The position numbers were made by a program, and so were the translations under genes. Positions 36,726 through 43,925 of a stretch of 43,925 nt of DNA are shown here, one piece after another. Origin of the DNA: Actinomycetota bacterium. GTDB lineage: Bacteria > Actinomycetota > Acidimicrobiia > Spongiisociales > UBA4744. Every line of letters begins with the position of its first letter. Position 1 is the first letter of the stretch. Under the pieces are notes generated by a model. The model saw only the letters and a list, made by a program, of their open reading frames with translations. It had not been told where the DNA came from and made no database searches. The DNA is taken from contig JAADGS010000032.1 in assembly GCA_013152275.1 (NCBI GenBank), positions 1-43,925 of the forward strand, in the 5' to 3' direction.

Positions 36726-37868
36726 GTGGACATCATCAACAGGGACATGTTCGACGCTCTGGTCGAATCGACGGCATCGCCCGCGGTGTCGATCTACATG
36801 CCCACGCATCGTTTCGGGCCCGAGATTCAACAAGATCCGATCCGTTTGAAGAACCTGCTCCAAGCGGCCCATCGGAGGCTCGTGAGCGATGGTGTGCGGG
36901 CGCCGGAGGCAGAAACACTGCTTCGCCCCGCCGCCGAGCTGAGTGATGATCCCAGCTTCTGGCAGCATCAGGAGGACGGATTGGCCCTGTTCCTCGCGCC
37001 GGATCGGTTCGACTCATACCGACTCCCTGTGGCGTTTCGAGAATTGGTGGTGGTAGGCGAGACGTTCCATGTCAAGCCGCTGTTGCGGGTGATGAGTCGG
37101 GGTGAGCGCTTCTATGTGCTGGGGCTCAGCCAACAGCGGGTGCGGCTGCTGCGGGCATCGAGATATCGGGTGGGTGAGGTCGACATCAAGGACGAGGTCC
37201 CGGAGAGCCTGGCCGAGGCACTCTGGTTCGAGGATCCCGAACGTCAGCTCCAGTTTCACCAGTCGGCACGGCAAGGAGAGGGAAGGCTGACGGCTACGTT
37301 CCACGGTCACGGGATGGGGAAAGAGACCTCATACAAGCGACTCGAGCGGTTCTTCCGGGCCGTCGACCAAGGGATCGGCCAGCTCATCGAAACCGATGCT
37401 CCCCTCGTGCTGGCCGGTGTCGAGTACCTGCTTCCCATCTATCGCCGTGTGAGCGAGCATCCCACGATCCTCGATGGCGAGATCACCGGGAACCCCGAGG
37501 AGCTCACGGCCGAGGAACTCCATCAGCGGGCATGGAGTATCGCCCAACCGTTCTTTCGGAAGGAGCGGGATGCAGCCGCCGAGTCGTTCGCGACAGGCGT
37601 GAATCCGACCGAAACCACCATCGAGGCCATTCTGCCCGCCGCATCCCTGGGACGAGTGGCGGCCCTGTTCGTTGCAGAAGACGCCATCGAGTGGGGGGTG
37701 GCGGACCTTCCGACATCCGTGGAACGGCACGATGAACGTCAGCCCGGAGACCGCGATCTGCTCGATCTTGCCGTCGCAGAGACCTGGCGGCACCGAGGAT
37801 CGGTCTACCTGGAGCCCACTTCGGAGGTCCCGGGCGGTGGGGCGGTTGCCGCCGTGCTCAGATACTGA
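36726..37868 (+). CDS. Bacterial aeRF1-like protein (baeRF3-type)
   Basis: VSIYMPTHR, IRLKNLL, DGLALF, FHVKPLL, PLVLAGV, GNPE and AAVLRY motifs; GAGGAGG SD. Confidence 0.82.
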   Translation: MDIINRDMFDALVESTASPAVSIYMPTHRFGPEIQQDPIRLKNLLQAAHRRLVSDGVRAPEAETLLRPAAELSDDPSFWQHQEDGLALFLAPDRFDSYRLPVAFRELVVVGETFHVKPLLRVMSRGERFYVLGLSQQRVRLLRASRYRVGEVDIKDEVPESLAEALWFEDPERQLQFHQSARQGEGRLTATFHGHGMGKETSYKRLERFFRAVDQGIGQLIETDAPLVLAGVEYLLPIYRRVSEHPTILDGEITGNPEELTAEELHQRAWSIAQPFFRKERDAAAESFATGVNPTETTIEAILPAASLGRVAALFVAEDAIEWGVADLPTSVERHDERQPGDRDLLDLAVAETWRHRGSVYLEPTSEVPGGGAVAAVLRY

Positions 37869-37907
37869 GACCGGCCTCGCGCGCCGACCCGCTTCCCGCC
37901 TCGCCCG

Positions 37908-39290
37908 TCAGGACTCGCAGGGCGCGCCGGCCTTGTCGAGTGCCCGGCGCCCTCCGGCTTCCGCAAACGTGAAGCTGCGCCAGTCACCGGGCGCCTCCAC
38001 CATCCCGCAGAGGGTCCACGGGTCGATATGGCCGATGAGTGATGGCACCGCGTCCGCGCTCAGTGAGGAGAGGTAGCCGACATCCACCGGATCCTTCGTC
38101 AGGTTGGTGCGGGCGATGACCCCATCGGGATTCACGGCGGCGGTCCCGATGAGCAGCACGATCCCCGTCGCGAACGCAGTCAGCGCGAACGCCGACCGGC
38201 GTCCGCGCAGCAGCATCACCACAACGAGCACGAGCACCAACCCGGCCCACAGCAGGAACACTGCTGCGTAGAAGCGGGCGTCGGTCAGGCCGTACGCGTC
38301 CACATACAACCGGAGGCGGACAACTGCGCCGGCGAGCACGAGGAGCGTCTCGGCGACGAGCACGGTGAGAAGGCCATCCACGATTCGAGAGCGTTCGACG
38401 CCCTGGACGAGGCGGTCGACGGCGAGCGCGAGAAGCACGACGAGCGCACCGACGGTCACGAGCTGGAAGAACCCCCGCCGGGCATACTCCGCGTAGGTCA
38501 AGCCGGTGTTCGTATCGAGCCCGCCGAACAGGTAGGCGAATTGGATCACAACGAATACGGCGAACAACGCTGCGATGGCGACGAGGCCGGCGGTCGCTTC
38601 GACCACCAGGCGCGGCCGAGGGTTCGTCCGGGGAGCCGGTGTCTCCACGCGCAGTGCGTGCCGGAGCATGCCGAGTCCTGCCCAGGTGAGGGCTGCAACC
38701 GTCAGTACGTGGGTCACGAAGCGTCCCAGATCGATGTTGACGACGTCGTCGAGCAGGCGGGAGAAGACGGCATCCGCGCCGGCGAAGAGAGCGGTGAACA
38801 CGATGAGCACCGGCAGCACGACGAGCAGTCCGATCAGGATTCGTCCGACCCGGTTGCCGGTGTGGCCGAAGGTGACGTCCTCGGTCACGAAGTCGAAGGT
38901 CTCGACGACCGCAGCGAGTGTCGCCCTGCCGAGCGCTCCCGCGTACCGTCCGACGGTCCAGGCACGAAGGTCGTCACGCGCCAGCACACGGATGGACACC
39001 ATCCCGAGGCCGACGATGGCGATGACGGCAAGAGCTGTAAGCGTCGGTGCAGCTCTGAACGTCGGGATCCAGGCGACGACCGCAAGAACGAGAGCGAGGA
39101 GCCGTGCCGACGACGTGGGCCGAATGGACAGGGTGCGTTCTCCAAACCACACGACCGCTGCGAACAGCGAACCGGCAACCCCCAGCCCGATGCCCAACGG
39201 GTGCTGGAACACCAGCACGTCGAATGCGACAGCCATCAACACGACGACGGCGGTTGTGCGGGCCGGTCTGGCGACGACTCTCGTGTCCAT
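37908..39290 (-). CDS. DUF4153/DUF4173 membrane protein
   Basis: LFAGADAVF, QFAYLFGG, YAEYARRGFFQL, RLRLYVDAYGLT and YLSSLSADAVP motifs. Confidence 0.85.
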   Translation of the reverse strand: MDTRVVARPARTTAVVVLMAVAFDVLVFQHPLGIGLGVAGSLFAAVVWFGERTLSIRPTSSARLLALVLAVVAWIPTFRAAPTLTALAVIAIVGLGMVSIRVLARDDLRAWTVGRYAGALGRATLAAVVETFDFVTEDVTFGHTGNRVGRILIGLLVVLPVLIVFTALFAGADAVFSRLLDDVVNIDLGRFVTHVLTVAALTWAGLGMLRHALRVETPAPRTNPRPRLVVEATAGLVAIAALFAVFVVIQFAYLFGGLDTNTGLTYAEYARRGFFQLVTVGALVVLLALAVDRLVQGVERSRIVDGLLTVLVAETLLVLAGAVVRLRLYVDAYGLTDARFYAAVFLLWAGLVLVLVVVMLLRGRRSAFALTAFATGIVLLIGTAAVNPDGVIARTNLTKDPVDVGYLSSLSADAVPSLIGHIDPWTLCGMVEAPGDWRSFTFAEAGGRRALDKAGAPCES

Positions 39291-39396
39291 GCACAGTCAA
39301 CGATAGATGCCCGGTTGTCGTCGCGGAGTCGGGAGTCGGCGATGTATCCCGACGTCTAAGATTCACCGGCGGGTGACGGCGACCGAAGGACACGGG

Positions 39397-40770
39397 ATGG
39401 AACGGGGCATGCTCGGCATCGACGACCTTCGAGCCAGAGTGGAGACCGACGAGATCGACACCGTCGTTGTCGCGTTCACCGACCACTATGGAAGGGTGCA
39501 CGGCAAGCGTGTCGACGGCCGGTTCTTCGTCGACGAGGTGTACGAGCACGGCACACACGCCTGCGACTACCTGCTGACCGTCGATATGGAGATGGAACCG
39601 GTCCCCGGATATCGATACGCGAGCTGGGAGTTCGGGTACGGCGACTTTCACATGGTGCCGGATCTGTCGACCCTTCGCGTGGCGGACTGGCTTTCCACCA
39701 GCGCGATCGTGCTGTGCGATCTCGAGGACACCACGACCGGCGAGTTGGTTCCCGTCGCACCCCGTTCGATGCTGCGACGCCAGATCGATCATGCCGCCGA
39801 AATGGGATACACGGCCAAGGCGGCTTCGGAACTCGAGTACTTCCTGTACGAGACGAGCTACCGCGAAGGCGCCGAGTGTCGCTACCAGAATCTCACCCCT
39901 GCCGGCTGGTACATCGAGGACTATCACCTGTTCCAGGGCGCCCGCGAAGAGCACTACAACGCAGCGGTGCGTCGTCACCTGAGCCGGTCCGGAATCCCTG
40001 TCGAGAACTCCAAGGGCGAATGGGGACGAGGGCAGCACGAGATGAACATCCGCTACGCGGGCATTCTCGAGATGGCGGATCGGCACACGATCATGAAACT
40101 GGCGATGAAGGACATCGCCGAGCAGAAGGGTGTCAGCGTCACCTTCATGGCCAAGCCCGATGCCGCCGAAGCAGGATCGAGCTGCCATGTGCACGCGAGT
40201 TTGTGGCGGGACGGCGCCAATGTCTTCCCCGGCGACAAGAAGATGGGTCCGATCTCGGGCTCCGACGACTTCCGCTGGTTCCTCGGAGGGTGGATGGCCC
40301 ACGCTTCCGAGGCGATGGTCGCCTATGCACCGACGGTCAACTCCTACAAGCGCTATCAGGACAAGTCCTGGGCGCCGACCCGTATCGCCTGGAGCTACGA
40401 CAACCGCACTGCAGGGTTCCGGGTCGTGGGGCGCGGTGAGAGTCTGCGCATCGAATGTCGGATTCCCGGGGCCGATGCAAATCCGTATCTCGTGTATGCG
40501 ACCGTCCTCGCCTCGGGGCTCGACGGCATCGCCAACCGGATCGAGCCGCCGGAGATCTTCGAAGGCAACGTGTACGCAGCACGAGACCTTCCTCGTGTCG
40601 CGCGCACCCTGCGCGATGCGACCGACGGTTTCGAAGGCAGCGCCTTCCTGCGGGAAGCGTTTGGCGCCGACGTACACGAGCACTACCTGCACTTCTTCCG
40701 GACCGAACAGGCCGCCTACGACAACGCCGTGACCGACTGGGAGAAGTGGCGCTACTTCGAACGTATCTGA
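39397..40770 (+). CDS. Glutamine synthetase-like gamma-glutamyl ligase (GlnA4-type)
   Basis: HGKR, GYGDF, SELEYF, KGEWGRGQHE, TFMAKP, SSCHVH, DNRT and RIECRIPGADANPY motifs. Confidence 0.9.
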   Translation: MERGMLGIDDLRARVETDEIDTVVVAFTDHYGRVHGKRVDGRFFVDEVYEHGTHACDYLLTVDMEMEPVPGYRYASWEFGYGDFHMVPDLSTLRVADWLSTSAIVLCDLEDTTTGELVPVAPRSMLRRQIDHAAEMGYTAKAASELEYFLYETSYREGAECRYQNLTPAGWYIEDYHLFQGAREEHYNAAVRRHLSRSGIPVENSKGEWGRGQHEMNIRYAGILEMADRHTIMKLAMKDIAEQKGVSVTFMAKPDAAEAGSSCHVHASLWRDGANVFPGDKKMGPISGSDDFRWFLGGWMAHASEAMVAYAPTVNSYKRYQDKSWAPTRIAWSYDNRTAGFRVVGRGESLRIECRIPGADANPYLVYATVLASGLDGIANRIEPPEIFEGNVYAARDLPRVARTLRDATDGFEGSAFLREAFGADVHEHYLHFFRTEQAAYDNAVTDWEKWRYFERI

Positions 40771-40778
40771 GGAGAACC

Positions 40779-41555
40779 ATGAACAGACTCGATGGGAAGA
40801 CCGCGTTGATCACCGGAGCGGGGAGCGGCATCGGTCGTGAGACCGCCCTGCTGTTCTCCGCAGAAGGCGCGGCGGTCGCGGCGGTCGACATCGATTTCGA
40901 TGCGGTGACGGCCACGGTCGCCGAGATCGAGGAAACAGGCGGCAGGGCGGTGGCGATTCGCGCCGACGTCTCGAGATCGGCCGACAACGAGGCGATGGTA
41001 ACTGTCGCCGACGAGGCGTTCGGGCGACTCGATGTGCTCTTTCTCAACGCCGGCATCATGCATTCGGCCGACGGCGATGCAGTCGGCACCGACGAGGCCG
41101 TGTGGGATCTGACGATGGACATCAACGCCAAGGGTGTCTTCCTCGGCTGCAAGTACGGGATCCCCGCGTTGCGCCGTGCCGGCGGTGGATCCGTCATCAA
41201 CACCGCCTCATTCGTGGCCGTCATGGGTGCCGCCACTCCGCAGATCGCCTACACGGCGTCGAAAGGGGCGGTCCTTGCGATGACCCGCGAGCTGGCGATC
41301 GTGCATGCGAAGGAGAACATCAGGGTCAATGCACTCTGCCCGGGGCCGCTGCACACCGAACTGCTGATGAAGTTCCTCGATACGCCCGAGAAGAAACGGC
41401 GGCGTCTCGTGCATCTGCCGATGGGACGGTTCGGAGAAGCCGAAGAGATGGCGAAGGCGGCTCTGTTCCTCGCCTCCGACGACTCGTCGTATGTGACAGG
41501 AACCGATTTCATGGTCGACGGGGGACTCTCCGCCGCCTACGTGACCGCGGAGTAA
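40779..41555 (+). CDS. SDR oxidoreductase of the gamma-glutamylation cluster
   Basis: TGAGSGIG, YTASK, NTASFVAVMGAATPQ and RRLVHLPMGRFG motifs. Confidence 0.9.
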   Translation: MNRLDGKTALITGAGSGIGRETALLFSAEGAAVAAVDIDFDAVTATVAEIEETGGRAVAIRADVSRSADNEAMVTVADEAFGRLDVLFLNAGIMHSADGDAVGTDEAVWDLTMDINAKGVFLGCKYGIPALRRAGGGSVINTASFVAVMGAATPQIAYTASKGAVLAMTRELAIVHAKENIRVNALCPGPLHTELLMKFLDTPEKKRRRLVHLPMGRFGEAEEMAKAALFLASDDSSYVTGTDFMVDGGLSAAYVTAE

Positions 41556-41558
41556 GGG

Positions 41559-42992
41559 ATGAAAGGCATGTTCATCGACGGGACCGCCATCAAAAGCGCA
41601 GACGGAACCGCCGTCACCATCATCGATCCTGCGAACGGTCGGGCCCTCGCAGATGTCGCCCGTGCGACTCCGGACGACGTGGATCGGGCGGTTCGGATCG
41701 CTCATGGGCGGTTCGGAGTGTGGCGCAAGACATCTCCAGGCGAACGGCGGGACGTCCTTCGGCGGCTCGCGGGACTGATCCGCCGGGACCATGAGCGGTT
41801 GGCGAGGATCGAGTCCTCCAACGTCGGCAAGCCGATCTCGGCTGCTCGCGGTGAGATCGAGGCGGCCGCCGCCACCTTCGACTACTACGCAGGAGCCGTC
41901 GACAAGATCCACGGGCAGACGATCCCGACCGGTGCGCCGGGAACGCTGCTCACGTTCCGCGAGCCGCTTGGCGTGTGCGGCCTGATCGTGCCGTGGAACT
42001 TCCCGATGCTGATCCTGTCGTGGAAGACGGCGCCGGCTCTCGCCATGGGGAACACCATCGTCGCGAAGCCCGCCGAGGTGACGCCGCTGTCGGCGCTGGC
42101 GCTTGCCGAACTCGCCCTCGAGGCAGGAGTGCCGCCAGGCGTGTTCAACGTCGTTCCGGGCAAGGGATCGATCGCAGGTGAAGCACTCGTGCGCCATCCG
42201 CTGGTCCGCAAGCTGTCGTTCACCGGCTCGACCGAGGTCGGTACCAGGGTGATGCAAGGTGCAGCCGAAGGCATCAAGCGGGTGTCGCTCGAGCTTGGCG
42301 GCAAGTCCGCGAACGTGGTGTTCGCCGACGCGAACATGGAGCCATGTGTCGAATCGTCGATCTGGGCCGTGTACGACAACGCCGGACAGGACTGCTGCTC
42401 CCGCAGCCGGATCCTCGTGGAGCGGCCGATCTTCGAAGAGTTCGTGCAACGGTTCTCCGCCAGGGCTTCGACGATCAAACTCGGAGATCCCGCAGACGAA
42501 GCCACGGAGATGGGGCCGCTGATCACCCCTGCCCATCGTGAACTCGTCGAGAGATACCTCGAGATCGGTGATGCCGCCGGAGCAACCCGGATGTGCGGCG
42601 GCGAGCGCCCGGGCGGGGCCCTTGGCGAAGGCAACTACCTCACCCCGGCCGTGTACATCGATGTCAAGCCGGAGATGGCCATCATGCAAGAGGAGATCTT
42701 CGGTCCGGTCGTCGCCATCATCGCCTTCGAAGGTGAGGAGGAGGCGGTCCACCTCGCCAACGACAGCGACTACGGGCTCTCGGGCTCGGTATGGACCCGT
42801 GACATCGGGCGCGCCCTGCGATTCGTGCGCGAGTTCGAAACTGGGATGATCTCGGTGAACTCGAGTTCCAGCGTCCACATCGAGGCACCGTTCGGCGGGA
42901 TGAAGAAGAGCGGCATCGGTCGTGAGCAAGGCATGGTCGCGCTCGATCATTACAGCGACTACAAATCCGTGTTCATCGCGGACAGCCGATGA
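41559..42992 (+). CDS. Aldehyde dehydrogenase
   Basis: PWNFP, FTGST, LELGGKS, AGQDCC, EEIFGP and PFGGMKKSG motifs. Confidence 0.93.
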   Translation: MKGMFIDGTAIKSADGTAVTIIDPANGRALADVARATPDDVDRAVRIAHGRFGVWRKTSPGERRDVLRRLAGLIRRDHERLARIESSNVGKPISAARGEIEAAAATFDYYAGAVDKIHGQTIPTGAPGTLLTFREPLGVCGLIVPWNFPMLILSWKTAPALAMGNTIVAKPAEVTPLSALALAELALEAGVPPGVFNVVPGKGSIAGEALVRHPLVRKLSFTGSTEVGTRVMQGAAEGIKRVSLELGGKSANVVFADANMEPCVESSIWAVYDNAGQDCCSRSRILVERPIFEEFVQRFSARASTIKLGDPADEATEMGPLITPAHRELVERYLEIGDAAGATRMCGGERPGGALGEGNYLTPAVYIDVKPEMAIMQEEIFGPVVAIIAFEGEEEAVHLANDSDYGLSGSVWTRDIGRALRFVREFETGMISVNSSSSVHIEAPFGGMKKSGIGREQGMVALDHYSDYKSVFIADSR

Positions 42993-43693
42993 ACGTCGGG
43001 ATTCTCATCTGCGACCACGTGTCGGACCGGTTCCGGTCGATCTCGGGCGACTTCCCGGATATGTTCCGGAGCCTCTTCGCCCGGGCGGCATCCGATGTGC
43101 GGCTCAGGTTCTATGACCTGGCCGGGGGCGAGGAGCCCGACTCGCTCAACGAATGCGACGTCTGGTTGGCCACCGGAGCAAGAGCTTCCGTCTACGATCC
43201 ACTACCGATAGCGACAAGGCTCGAGCGTCTCGTCGTCGGCATCTACGAAGGCGGCCACCGATACTTCGGGATCTGTTTCGGCCACCAGATGATCGCGCAG
43301 GCGCTCGGCGGGCGGGTCGAGAGGTCGACCCGCGGCTGGGGAGTCGGGGTCCATGTCGCCAAAGTCGTCGACGAGGCGGCGTGGATGCGGCCACCGGCCC
43401 GCCGGCTGCGCCTTCTGATGACCCACCAGGATCAGATCGAGAAGCTCCCACCAGGCGGTCGGACGCTCGCATCGAGCGAGCACTGTCCCATCTGGATGCT
43501 CTCCGTCGATGACCACATGGTCGGGGTGCAGGGGCATCCGGAGTTCACACCCGCCTTCGCAGGAGCCTTGCTGACGGAACGCAGAGATGACATCGGCACT
43601 GCCGTCGCCGATGTCGCACAGGCGACGTTGCACGATGCGACCGACGAGGCGCTGCTGGCCGATTGGATCATCGAGTTCGCCCGCGCCGAGTAG
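42989..43693 (+). CDS. Class I glutamine amidotransferase-like hydrolase
   Basis: GICFGHQ, HQDQ and QGHPEF give the Cys-His-Glu triad. Confidence 0.88.
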   Translation: MNVGILICDHVSDRFRSISGDFPDMFRSLFARAASDVRLRFYDLAGGEEPDSLNECDVWLATGARASVYDPLPIATRLERLVVGIYEGGHRYFGICFGHQMIAQALGGRVERSTRGWGVGVHVAKVVDEAAWMRPPARRLRLLMTHQDQIEKLPPGGRTLASSEHCPIWMLSVDDHMVGVQGHPEFTPAFAGALLTERRDDIGTAVADVAQATLHDATDEALLADWIIEFARAE

Positions 43694-43812
43694 TCGAAGC
43701 CTCATCCACGGTCGCAGTTCGCTTTGATCGCCCTGTCCGGTATCCGGTGCTTCGTATCGTGGCCTCAGGTCGACTCAAGACCGCTGGGTGATGCGTCTAT
43801 TGGTCCCCCCAA

Positions 43813-43925
43813 GGGAGCGAAGCGACCGCAGGGGGGAAAGTACCGCAGCGGCTTTGCGCTGGGGTAGGGGGGTCTTTGTCGGGGAGCGGAGCGACCGTAG
43901 GGGGGAAGGTGCCGTAGCGGCTTTG
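43813..43925. repeat. Two 44-bp REP-like direct repeats (69-bp period), running off the window end
   Basis: GGGAGCG(A/G)AGCGACCG(C/T)AGGGGGGAA(A/G)GT(A/G)CCG(C/T)AGCGGCTTTG; 39/44 identical. Confidence 0.8.

Noticed and set aside
39397..40770. Housekeeping glnA
   Set aside because: Sequence and operon context fit gamma-glutamyl-amine ligases, so the symbol was withheld.
38974..42950. Long minus-strand ORFs of 572 and 580 aa
   Set aside because: Shadows of the GS-like and ALDH genes.

Overview
High-GC, probably actinobacterial (Acidimicrobiia-like, inferred) chromosomal window with about 40 genes. (1) 1-2849 is the right end of an integrated element. It holds a partial AbiEi antitoxin with a truncated AbiEii toxin, then an intact AbiEi-AbiEii-DUF3024 operon with its operator, and it ends at a degenerate tRNA-Met 3' fragment (att remnant) with arm-type repeats. 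(2) 2880-18680 holds metabolic and regulatory genes: MDR, SDR, methyltransferase, TetR/Acg, a tandem pair of lipoprotein trypsin-PDZ proteases (one catalytically dead), a DEAD-RRM helicase and TetR/MMPL. (3) About 19000-31724 is a heavy-metal cluster. It contains ECF sigma-ArsR-merA plus an unannotated 20-aa Cys peptide, a divergent Mer-type transporter/TlpA/CcdA/disulfide reductase operon, an unrecognised three-gene operon built on a Met-rich 19-residue helical repeat (best candidate for a new system), a MerR regulator with a 19-bp-spacer promoter and a YPC-type P1B ATPase. (4) 31910-35018 is an aroF(CM)-tyrA-pheA operon with a Phe/Tyr leader-peptide attenuator. (5) 35129-43925 holds DUF1697, an xth remnant, a baeRF protein, DUF4153, a GlnA4-like gamma-glutamylation operon and REP-like repeats. 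All calls come from motif recognition by eye; no database search was run.
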